A stretch of DNA of 64,000 bases, from assembly GCA_965223855.1 (NCBI GenBank), contig CBDCXM010000009.1:1056001-1120000 (forward strand), given 5' to 3'. A program made the translations under genes and the position numbers. How positions within the stretch are numbered: the first letter of the stretch is position 1; each line of letters starts with the position of its first letter. Shown in pieces: positions 43,958 to 52,964 of this stretch. Below the pieces are notes generated by a model that did not search any database, was not told the origin of the DNA, and saw only the letters and a list, made by a program, of their open reading frames with translations. The stretch is from Candidatus Multivoradales bacterium. GTDB taxonomy: Bacteria > Acidobacteriota > Thermoanaerobaculia > Multivoradales > JAHEKO01.

Positions 43958-44682
43958 GACGTCAGAGTGCCCAGATCGATGCCCAGTTCCGAGAAGTTGC
44001 GCGCCGCCTGCTCGGCCCAGCCGCGGTTGGCGGCGGGGGAGGCGGGGCTCGGATGGAGAATGCGGCCGATGCGGACGTCGAGGTCGGCGAGTGCGCGGCG
44101 CGCCTGGGCCTCGGCGAAGGCGCCGACGCCGATCACCCACTCGGGATCGAGCGCTTGCACCGCCGCCGCCAGGGCGGGGTCGCACGCCGCTTCGACCGCT
44201 CGCTTCTCGTCCGCCGGCAGCTTGTCGGGGGTGCGGTTGCGGCCGCTCTCCTCCATGAAGGCGAGCGGGCAGTAGTTGAGGACGAAGAGGCGCTCGAACA
44301 TCCGCTCCGGCGTGCCGAAGGTGTCGCGGAAGAACCCCCACAGCCGCCGGCCGCTGACCTCGCTGCGGGCGCAGTCGAAGCCTTCGATCGGTCGCTTCGG
44401 GTGCTCGTCGGCAGGCCGTCCGACCGGCGCCTCGACGCCCAGCCAGTCACGCACGAGCTCAACCTCGCCGAACGGCACGCCGGTCTGCGCCATCCCCCAG
44501 GGCCCGGGGTTCATGCCGAGTAGGACGATCTCCTTGCTGCCGCCGCCCCAGCGCTCCAGGTAGGCGCGGTGCGGCTCCCAGGCGTAGCCGAGCGGGTTGT
44601 AGACGTGGGTCACCGGCGGCGAGAACGACAGCCGATCGACCGCCTCCGCCAGCTCGCGATCGATGGCGACGAGCTCGCTCAC
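43954..44682 (-). CDS. SMUG1-type uracil-DNA glycosylase
   Basis: GMNPGPWGMAQTGVPFG, SEVSGRR and HPSPASP motifs. Confidence 0.93.
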   Translation of the reverse strand: MSELVAIDRELAEAVDRLSFSPPVTHVYNPLGYAWEPHRAYLERWGGGSKEIVLLGMNPGPWGMAQTGVPFGEVELVRDWLGVEAPVGRPADEHPKRPIEGFDCARSEVSGRRLWGFFRDTFGTPERMFERLFVLNYCPLAFMEESGRNRTPDKLPADEKRAVEAACDPALAAAVQALDPEWVIGVGAFAEAQARRALADLDVRIGRILHPSPASPAANRGWAEQAARNFSELGIDLGTLTS

Positions 44683-44722
44683 GCAGCGGATTCTAGCCAC
44701 GCGCGTTGCTACCCTTCCGGCA

Positions 44723-46193
44723 ATGTCCGCCGAACACCGCTTCGTGCTGCGCTTCTCCGGCGAGGTCTCCACCAAGGGGCGCCAGACCCGGCTGCGTTTC
44801 GCCGGCCGGATCGTCGAGGCGGCCGAGGACGCGCTGGCGAGCCACGGCATCGAAGGGCGTGTGAAGCGGATCTGGAGCCGCCTCTTCGTCACCGCGGACG
44901 ATCCGGCGGCGGGCGAGGTGCTGAGCCGGATCTTCGGTGTGCAGTCGGTATCGCCGGCGCGGCGGGTTCGCTGGCGCGCGATGAAGGACATCGTCGCCGC
45001 CGGCGAGGAGGCGTTCGGCGATGTCGTCGCCGGCAGGACGTTCGCCGTGCGGGTGCGCCGCACCGCCGGCCATCCGAAGCTCGACTTCGACTCCCCCCAG
45101 CTGGAGCGCGCCCTCGGGGCGCGGCTCGCCCCCCGCGCCGCCGGGGTCGATCTCGGCAACCCTGAGGTGACGGCCGGAGTCGAGGTGCACGAGGAGTACG
45201 CCTATCTCTTCAGCGAGCGCCTCGCCGGCCCCGGAGGGCTGCCGATCGGCGTCGAGGGCAAGGCGCTGGCGCTCGTCTCAGGCGGATTCGACTCGGCGGT
45301 GGCGTGCTGGGAGATGTGGAAGCGCGGCGTCGCCCAGGACTTCGTCTTCTTCAACCTCGGCGGGGCGGCGCACGAGGCGGGAGCGGCGGCGGTGGTCGAG
45401 CAGCTCGCTCGCCACTGGGCCTACGGCGACCGGCCGCAGCTCCACCTCGTCGACCTGCAGCCGTTCCTCGAGCCGCTCCAGGAGCAAGTGAAGCAGCGCT
45501 ACTGGCAGCTCGCCCTGAAGGCGCTGATGCTGCTGGCGGCCGACGCCCTCGCCGACGAACTCAAGGTGCCGGCCCTCGTCACCGGCGAGGCGCTCGGCCA
45601 GGTGTCGTCCCAGACGCTCACCAACCTCACCCTCCTCGACCGGGCGGTCCCCCGCGCGATCCTGCGACCGCTCCTCACCGCCAACAAAGAAGACATCGTC
45701 GCCGCCGCCCGCCGCATCGGCACCTACGAACAGTCCGCGGTCGTCCCCGAGTTCTGCTCGCTCGCCGCCCGCCACGCCGAAACCAAGGGCCACGCCGGCG
45801 AGCTCGCCGGCGCCATCGGCACCCTCGATCGCGAGGCGATTGCGCACGCCGTCGCCGACCGAGAGATCCGCGACGCCCGCTCGTCCGCCGCCAGCGGAGA
45901 AGTGGCCGGAGCGATCGACCCCGAGGCCCTGGAGCCCGGCTGGACCGTCATCGACCTCCGCACCCCCGAGGAGTACCGAGACTGGCACTGGCCCGACGCC
46001 CTCCACCTCCCCTACCCCCCAGGCCCTCCAGGCCTACGGCTCGCTCGATCGCGAGCAGCGCTACGTCTTCTACTGCGAAGTCGGCCTCAAGAGCGCCCAC
46101 CTCGCCTCTCTGCTGCAGGAGAAGGGAGTGGAGGCTCGGCACGTGCCTCGAGGAGCTGGGGCGTTGCGGCGCCTCGATGGTCCGAGAGGATGA
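44723..46193 (+). CDS. thiI: tRNA 4-thiouridine synthase with rhodanese domain (frameshift in the C-run near 46015)
   Basis: THUMP domain, GPGGLPIG, SGGFDS PP-loop and GEALGQVSSQT; rhodanese YCEVGLKS in a shifted frame. Confidence 0.9.
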
Positions 46194-46205
46194 CTGCTCG
46201 GTGTT

Positions 46206-46721
46206 TGCCGGTCCTCTTCGTCGATCGTGCACGCTGAGCCCAAAGGGGACGTCGCGCGTACTCGGTGGGACGATCTTCAGCGCGCGCTCTCTCGCCGTCG
46301 GCCGACGGCCTGCGCTCTGGTCCCAAGGCTTACGGGCCTCGGCGAGAGCCCCTTTGGCTCTCAGCATGCACGCTCGACGGGGGACCTACGGTTTGAGTCA
46401 AGCAGGAATCTGTCAAGGAAGCGGCTTGTCCGCTTCCTTGTCGATTGTCTTTCCTCCCCCTTCTTCAGCGGTTTCGGGTCGCTGGTTCGTGCTTCGGGAT
46501 ACGACCGTGGTAGTTCGAGGGCGATCTCGCCGCGATCGTAGGTCCGCGTCACGTGGGGTGGTCTGTGCGCGAGGGGGCTCGAGCCGAGGCCCGAAAGCAA
46601 CGGCGATAGATCGCAGGAAGTTGGCCGAAGGCGAAAGAGCGCGCGCTGAAGGTCGTCCTACCGAGTACGCGCGACGTACCCCTCGCGCGCAGACCACCCC
46701 ACGACATCAACCGGACCGGCA
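46206..46721. repeat. Inverted pair of ~150-180-nt structured (REPIN-like) elements
   Basis: Core 46249-46305 is the near-perfect reverse complement of 46621-46677; each unit is closed by its own long hairpin stem. Confidence 0.85.
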
Positions 46722-46784
46722 CAAGCCACGGAGTCTGCCCACCCGCCGTTACAATCTCCGCCTGGCGCTCACAATCGACAAAAC

Positions 46785-47624
46785 ATGACCGAACAAGCTC
46801 TCCAGCAACCCACCGGCCGCACCGGCCTACCAGGCATGCTCCACGCCCTATGGCTCTACCGCCGCTTCGTAGCCTCCATGGTGCGGCGCGAATTCGTGAG
46901 CCGCTACCTCGGTTCGCTGCTGGGCGGCATCTGGGCGCTGATCACCCCCCTGGTGACGATCCTCATCTACCTGGTGATCTTCTCCGCGGTCATGCGCGGC
47001 AAACTGCCGGGAGGTTCCGAGGACTCGCTCGGCTACGGCATCTTCCTGTGCACCGGGATCCTGGTGTGGACCTACTTCGCCGAGGTGGTGTCGCGCTGCC
47101 AGGGGACGTTCGTCGAGAACGCGAACCTGCTCAAGAAGATGAGCTTCCCGCGCATCACCCTGCCGATCATCGCTCTGCTCAACGCGACGGTGAACTTCGT
47201 GCTCGTGGCGGTGCTGTTCGTCATTCTGCTGGTGGTCGTCGGCCGCTTTCCGGGGCCGGCGATGCTCGGCTTTCTACCGCTCCTGGCGCTTCACCTCGCG
47301 TTGGCTCTCGGCCTCGGCATTCTCCTCGGCACGCTCCATGTCTTCTTTCGCGACGTCGGCCAGATCTGGGCGGTGCTGGTGAATCTGTGGTTCTGGGTGA
47401 CACCGATCGTCTACCACCCGGACATCCTGCCTGAAGGGACCCGCTGGATCCTCGACTGGAATCCGCTGACGCCGCTCTTCCGCGCCTATCAGCGGATCGT
47501 GCTCGAAAGTGCGTGGCCCGAGTGGAGCACGCTGGCGGCTCCGGCCGTTCTGGCGGCGGTGTTGCTCGTGCTCGGGCTGTTCGCCTTCCGGCGTCTGTCG
47601 GGCGAGATGGTGGACGAGCTGTGA
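46785..47624 (+). CDS. ABC-2 polysaccharide/O-antigen export permease (Wzm-like)
   Basis: RYLGSLLGGIW, NANLLKK..FP, FRDVGQ and WVTPIVY...NPL motifs. Confidence 0.93.
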   Translation: MTEQALQQPTGRTGLPGMLHALWLYRRFVASMVRREFVSRYLGSLLGGIWALITPLVTILIYLVIFSAVMRGKLPGGSEDSLGYGIFLCTGILVWTYFAEVVSRCQGTFVENANLLKKMSFPRITLPIIALLNATVNFVLVAVLFVILLVVVGRFPGPAMLGFLPLLALHLALALGLGILLGTLHVFFRDVGQIWAVLVNLWFWVTPIVYHPDILPEGTRWILDWNPLTPLFRAYQRIVLESAWPEWSTLAAPAVLAAVLLVLGLFAFRRLSGEMVDEL

Positions 47625-48862
47625 CGGGGACGGTGCAGGCCCGCGATCTGGGCAAGAAGTACAAGCGCTACGACGGCCCGTGGCGGCGGCTCGGCGAATG
47701 GCTGAGCGGCGGTCGCCGCCGGATGCACGAAGAGCACTGGGCGCTGCGGCACCTGACCTTCGACGTCGGCCAGGGGGAGACGGTCGGCATCGTCGGACAG
47801 AACGGCGCCGGCAAGAGCACGCTCCTGAAGCTGATCGTCGGCACGACCCAGCCGAGCGAGGGGACGTTCGCGGTGGGGGGACGGGCGACGGCGCTGCTCG
47901 AACTGGGGATGGGGTTCCACCCCGACTTCAACGGTCGCCAGAACGCGCTGATGACGCTCCGCATGGCGGGGTTCAGCGAGGAGGAGTCGGAGGCGATCCT
48001 GCCGGAGGTCGTGGAGTTCTCGGAGCTCGGCGGATTCATGGAGCAGCCGCTGCGCACCTACTCGAGCGGCATGCAGGTGCGGCTCGGCTTCGCCATCGCC
48101 ACCGCGCGACGGCCCGACATCCTGATCGTCGACGAGGCGCTCTCGGTCGGCGACGCCTACTTCCAGCACAAGTGCATCCGCCGGATTCGCGACTTCAAGG
48201 AGGAGGGGACGACGATGCTCTTCGTCTCGCACGACCCGATCGCCGTCAAGTCGCTGTGCGACCGGGCGATCCTCCTCGACCACGGGCGGATGATCCAGCA
48301 GGGCTCGGCGGAGGCGGTGCTCGACTACTACAACGCGATGATCGCCGAGCGGGAGCAGCACGACAAAGCGGTGCGGCAGGAGGCGGCCGGGGAGCAGGAG
48401 GAGCGGGTGCGCACCGAGTCCGGGAGCGGCGAGGTGCGGATCACCCGGGTGTCGATGACCAACGGCGAGGGGATGGAGACGACTTCCTTCACCACCGGCG
48501 AGCGGACGGTCGTCACCTGCGAGCTCGAGTTCCGCGACGAGCTCCACGACTACGCCGTCGGCATCCTGCTGCGCGACCGGCTCGGCAACGAGGTCTACGG
48601 CATCAACACCACCTACCTCGGCGTGAGCGCCATCCCCGCCATGCCGGGCGACAAGGTGGAAGCGCACTTCTCGGTCGATCTCAACCTCGGCTACGGCCAC
48701 TACGCGATCTCGGTCGCCGCCCATTCGCCCGACGGCCATGTCGACGCCAACTACCACTGGCTCGACAACGCGATCGCCTTTCAGGTGATCCCGGGAGACT
48801 CGGCGCGCTTCGCCGGGGTGGCGGCGCTACCGGCGCGCGGGTCGTTCCGACGGTCGCGGTAG
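47621..48862 (+). CDS. ABC transporter ATPase with Wzt C-terminal domain
   Basis: GQNGAGKST, YSSGMQVRLGF and DEALSVGDAYFQHKC motifs; C-terminal carbohydrate-binding domain. Confidence 0.93.
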   Translation: MTGTVQARDLGKKYKRYDGPWRRLGEWLSGGRRRMHEEHWALRHLTFDVGQGETVGIVGQNGAGKSTLLKLIVGTTQPSEGTFAVGGRATALLELGMGFHPDFNGRQNALMTLRMAGFSEEESEAILPEVVEFSELGGFMEQPLRTYSSGMQVRLGFAIATARRPDILIVDEALSVGDAYFQHKCIRRIRDFKEEGTTMLFVSHDPIAVKSLCDRAILLDHGRMIQQGSAEAVLDYYNAMIAEREQHDKAVRQEAAGEQEERVRTESGSGEVRITRVSMTNGEGMETTSFTTGERTVVTCELEFRDELHDYAVGILLRDRLGNEVYGINTTYLGVSAIPAMPGDKVEAHFSVDLNLGYGHYAISVAAHSPDGHVDANYHWLDNAIAFQVIPGDSARFAGVAALPARGSFRRSR

Positions 48863-48863
48863 C

Positions 48864-49364
48864 TCAGCTTCCGCCGCAACGCGGGCAGTGCTCGTCGACC
48901 TCGGTCGCCAGGAATCCGCAGCGACGGCATTCCCAGTGACCTTCACTCAGCATGCGCGCGCGCCGGATCGTCGCGGGAAGTTCGTCGGCGAGGGCTCCCG
49001 CCGGAAACGCCAGAAGTGGCACTGCGATCCTGGGTGCGCTCAGAGTGGCCTGAGCTTCGTCCGCGGAGAGGCCGCTGCCTGTGTAGCGAAACCACAGGTA
49101 GACGAAGGAGCCGACCGTCATGGCCAGTACCGTGAGAGTGGGGTACCGGACCCAGTCGCACTGCCACCTCAGGTAGTAGCCTGAAACGAAGCAGCTCAGA
49201 ACAGCCGCGACGAACAGCCACGGCGCATCCCGCGGAATCTGGCGTCCGAGGAAGGTCGGTTCGTCTCCGGGCGGCTCCGCCGAGAAGTAGTCGACGGCAC
49301 CCGGAAACCCGCCCGCCAGCCACACCAGCAGGAACGCTGCCATCCACCAGGCACTACGGTGCAT
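48864..49364 (-). CDS. Hypothetical membrane protein with C-terminal zinc ribbon
   Basis: About 4 TM segments; CRRC...CPRC. Confidence 0.6.
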   Translation of the reverse strand: MHRSAWWMAAFLLVWLAGGFPGAVDYFSAEPPGDEPTFLGRQIPRDAPWLFVAAVLSCFVSGYYLRWQCDWVRYPTLTVLAMTVGSFVYLWFRYTGSGLSADEAQATLSAPRIAVPLLAFPAGALADELPATIRRARMLSEGHWECRRCGFLATEVDEHCPRCGGS

Positions 49365-49443
49365 CAGATCGCGAGGCATTCCGCCCGCCCTTCCTCGGAT
49401 GAATTGTGGCGTCGATTCGCCAAACCCGGAGGCATGGCTTTCC

Positions 49444-50118
49444 CTACGGCTGCGGCTCGTCGGTGATTCCGCGTAGCGCGCGATGCCGATCCACCCAGTA
49501 CGCCCACGCCACCAGAAGCCACTGCGCCTGACCGACCCACGCGACCGCCGCGACGCTCGGCGGTGGCGGGCCGAGGAGGTTGCCGAGATGGGTGAGGCAG
49601 AGAAAGGCGAGGAGCGCACCGAGCCCCCATCGACCGATCCGGTCGAGCGCCCGCCCGGCGCGGAGGAAGAGGATCACCCCGACGACGAAGACGGCGGTTT
49701 CGATGGTGACGGCGGGGACGGGGTGATTCCACAGGCCGAGTCCTACCCGGCCGGCGCTCCCTGGAAGAAGGGGGAGATCCGGCTTGTGGGTGAGCGCGTC
49801 GAGGAACCAGTGACTGGCGACCAGCGCGGCGCAGAGCAGCGCGCCGCGAGCGGTCCGCCGAACGGCGTAGACCACCGCGCCGAAGGCCGCGGCCCAGGCG
49901 AGGACCGCGGCGAGGCTGTGGCTGATCGGGTAGTGGGTGAACTCGAGCGGCGTCAGTTTCGTCGCCGCCGGGTCGATTCGTACCGACTCCAGTCCCAGCA
50001 GAAGCAGTGACGGCCAGAGCAGATCGAGCCATTGGCTCGCCAGGAAGAGAGTGCCGAGCGACATCCGCGGCTCTGCCCGCTTCGCCGCGAGGCCGACTCC
50101 GAAGTGCCCGAGAAACAT
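49444..50118 (-). CDS. Membrane-bound metal-dependent hydrolase-like protein
   Basis: MFLGHF, PISHSL and SHWFLDALTH motifs. Confidence 0.8.
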   Translation of the reverse strand: MFLGHFGVGLAAKRAEPRMSLGTLFLASQWLDLLWPSLLLLGLESVRIDPAATKLTPLEFTHYPISHSLAAVLAWAAAFGAVVYAVRRTARGALLCAALVASHWFLDALTHKPDLPLLPGSAGRVGLGLWNHPVPAVTIETAVFVVGVILFLRAGRALDRIGRWGLGALLAFLCLTHLGNLLGPPPPSVAAVAWVGQAQWLLVAWAYWVDRHRALRGITDEPQP

Positions 50119-50180
50119 CTCGTGGACGACTCTACCGGTAGCCGGCCGCCGTGGCGGTCAGGCAGTGGCCGTCGGTCCCC

Positions 50181-51149
50181 TCAGACGGCGATATCGCCGC
50201 GTCTCAGATCCTGATCGATCATCACCGCCGCGATGTTCCCCGTCCCCATCGCCACCGACACCTGCTGGGTCATCGGCCTCAGGTCGCCGGCGATCCACAC
50301 GCCCGGCACGTTGGTGTCGCCACGCTGGGAGGCGGGTTGTGCGTGGTGGCCGGTGTGGGCCATCTCGACGCCGAGCTCTCTGGCGAGGTCGGTGCGGCCG
50401 CGCGCCGGGCTCGAGACGAAGAAGGCGTCGGCTTCGAGGGTGCGGCCGTCTTCGAGCTCGAGGGCGGCGAGGAAGCTCTTGCGCTCCTCCTGGCCGACCA
50501 GCTTTGCGATCTTCCCGCGGGTGTGAGCGATGCCGCGCGTTTCGAGGCTCGCGGCGCGCTCGGGGGAAAGCTCGTCGTCGGTGGTCACGAGCACGGTGAT
50601 CTCGTCGCTGTAGCGCGACAGCCCTACCGCCATTCCGGCGGCGCCGTCGGCGGTGCCGGAGCCGATGACCACGGTGCTCTTGCCCGCGATCTCGGGCGCC
50701 TCGCAGTCGGGGCAGTAGAAGAGGTTGCCCTTGCCGGCGTACTTGAAGCACGGGCGGTAGTCGCCGTCGACGGTCGGGTGGTAGCGGGCCACACCGGTGG
50801 CGAGGAGGATCTTCTCGGCGTGCCACCGCTCGCCGTTCTCGCCGCGCAGCACGAAGGCCCCGTCTTCGCCGCTCGCCTCGACGACGTTGCCTTTCACGAC
50901 CTCGACGCCGAGCTCTTCCGCCTGCCGGCGAAGCTGCCGCATGATGTCGATACCCCGCGCCGCCGGCATGCCGGGGACGTTGTGGAGCTTCTCCAGGGTG
51001 AAGAACAGCGGCCCGGTGCGGCGGTCGATGACGAGGGTGCGGCGGCGGTGCCAGCCGAGGTGGATGGCGGCCGAGAGGCCGGCGACTCCGGCGCCGACGA
51101 TGATGACCTGGTAGCTGTTGTCGTGTTCCAGACCGGCTCGATCGCTCAT
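50181..51149 (-). CDS. Thioredoxin reductase-like FAD/NAD(P) oxidoreductase
   Basis: GAGVAGLSAA, LATG, CPDC and TNVPGVWIAGD motifs. Confidence 0.9.
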   Translation of the reverse strand: MSDRAGLEHDNSYQVIIVGAGVAGLSAAIHLGWHRRRTLVIDRRTGPLFFTLEKLHNVPGMPAARGIDIMRQLRRQAEELGVEVVKGNVVEASGEDGAFVLRGENGERWHAEKILLATGVARYHPTVDGDYRPCFKYAGKGNLFYCPDCEAPEIAGKSTVVIGSGTADGAAGMAVGLSRYSDEITVLVTTDDELSPERAASLETRGIAHTRGKIAKLVGQEERKSFLAALELEDGRTLEADAFFVSSPARGRTDLARELGVEMAHTGHHAQPASQRGDTNVPGVWIAGDLRPMTQQVSVAMGTGNIAAVMIDQDLRRGDIAV

Positions 51150-51201
51150 GGCGAGAGGATACGGCAGCCGCGCGCCCGCGGATCCCTGCCGGGTCGCCGG
51201 G

Positions 51202-51852
51202 TCAGGAGCGGCGCTCCACCAGCGCGGCGCGGCCGCGCGGCAGGCTGAAGCGGTCGCGGGTACGGCAGTAGTCGGGCCCGCCCATCCGGCCGATGGCGGC
51301 CAGCGTCTCCGGGTCGATGTGGAGCGCTTCGTCGACGACCGCTTCGTCGAGGTGAATGTGGACCACTTCGCCGAGGACGAGGTTGCCGCCTCCAGCCACC
51401 CCCGGATTGGTGCGGATCACCTGGATTGTGCGGCATTCGAAGGCGATCGGCGAGCGGGCGACGCGGGGAGCGGCGACGACGGTCGACGGCACCGCCTCGA
51501 GGCCGGTGAAGTCGAACTCACTCTCGCCGAACGGCAGTGCCTCGGAGGCGGCGGACATCTCGAGCGCCCAGCCCTCGGTGGCGACGTTGACGACGAACTC
51601 TCCGGTGCCTCCCTCGACGGCCGGTTTGGCGTTGCGGAGGGTGTCCTTCTCCGAGCCGTCGGGATGATTGCCGGGACAGAAGGCGAGGGTCATCGGGTTC
51701 GAGCCGACACCGCAGAAGAAGGAGAACGGGGCGAGGTTGGTGTCGCCGGCGGGGGAGATCGTGGAGACCACCGCGATCGGACGCGGGACGATCGCACCGA
51801 TCAGCAGCTTGTAGCGGTCACGCAGCGGAAGCTCTTCGGGTCGCAGATCCAT
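51202..51852 (-). CDS. Flavin reductase family protein
   Basis: VPRPIAVVST...NLAPFSFF, KDTLRN and IGRMGG motifs. Confidence 0.92.
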   Translation of the reverse strand: MDLRPEELPLRDRYKLLIGAIVPRPIAVVSTISPAGDTNLAPFSFFCGVGSNPMTLAFCPGNHPDGSEKDTLRNAKPAVEGGTGEFVVNVATEGWALEMSAASEALPFGESEFDFTGLEAVPSTVVAAPRVARSPIAFECRTIQVIRTNPGVAGGGNLVLGEVVHIHLDEAVVDEALHIDPETLAAIGRMGGPDYCRTRDRFSLPRGRAALVERRS

Positions 51853-51951
51853 GCCGAAAGTCTAGCCGCATGTAACGGTCGCGCTCGTTGTGTCGCCTCC
51901 TCGGGTGAGGGACAGCACGGCCGGCCCGCCGTTTCCGGAAGGAGAACCCTG

Positions 51952-52656
51952 ATGCAGTCTCGACCCGATTCCCGAATCCCCCGCCCCTGGCTGAGTGCCT
52001 TCGTCATCGCCCTGGTGGCGATGAGCGTCGCCGGATGCCGCACGGTCATGCTGGCCGAGTTCGATCGCCACGGCATCGGCTACCGCTTCACCGTGGCGGG
52101 ATCGCCGCACAACCTCGCCGGCTCGCCAACCGGCGATACGGGTAGCTACCGGGCGAGCGGCGACCGCGTCGCACCGGCGGTGGCGAACATGGCGGGGCAG
52201 CGCTTTCTTCGCTTCGAGAACGTCAACGGCAATCACACCATTTCGCTCCAGAGCCGCAACTTCCCGGCCTCGAGCGACAACCAGCACAACATCGCCTGGG
52301 CGGGCCAGATGCTCGATGACCTCGGCTCCGAGATGCGAGTCGAGTTCAGGAACGGCAACGGAGCGGTGCTGTGCTCGGTGACGCTCGACAACGGCAACTG
52401 GGAGATCGGCGGTCGTGCGGTCGGTCCGTACCAGATCGGGCGCGCACACTCGGTGGTCATCGTCGCCCGCCGGGATCTCATGCAGTGCCAGTACACGATC
52501 TCGGGACTGACGCCGCCTTCACCGCTGGTCAGCACGATCACGTCGGCCTGGGCGGGGAACAACCGACGTCTCGACTTCACGTTCGTCGATGGCGACAGCA
52601 ACTCGGTCTATCGCCTCGACACGGCGACCATCGCCCGCGCCGGCGACGGCACCTGA
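51952..52656 (+). CDS. Hypothetical lipoprotein
   Basis: RBS aaggag; lipobox VAGC; beta-rich mature part. Confidence 0.7.
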   Translation: MQSRPDSRIPRPWLSAFVIALVAMSVAGCRTVMLAEFDRHGIGYRFTVAGSPHNLAGSPTGDTGSYRASGDRVAPAVANMAGQRFLRFENVNGNHTISLQSRNFPASSDNQHNIAWAGQMLDDLGSEMRVEFRNGNGAVLCSVTLDNGNWEIGGRAVGPYQIGRAHSVVIVARRDLMQCQYTISGLTPPSPLVSTITSAWAGNNRRLDFTFVDGDSNSVYRLDTATIARAGDGT

Positions 52657-52964
52657 GCGATCCGGCCGACCGACTCGAAGATCGACCGCGCCGGCCCGGG
52701 TGACTCCCGGGCCGGCTTTGCGCCCTGGCTACGAAGCTCTTCGTTGACAAATACGAAGACCTTCGTGTAGCTTGCCGGCGTGTGCTGCTCTCGCACCACA
52801 GGCTCGACCGAGCCTGCGCCCTGCTGCGCCGCGTCGGCTGAGAACGACTCGAGGTACCGGCGGGAACCAGGCGCGCTCTCGCGGAGTCTGTGCCCGTGAG
52901 CCTCGCCCCCCGAAGCCCGCTCGACCCTCGCAACCTTGACCTGCCCGGAGGCGTACCCACACCC

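Noticed and set aside
46008-46021. Programmed frameshift or phase variation in thiI
   Set aside because: A short C-run in an assembly with many other indels; a sequencing error is more parsimonious.
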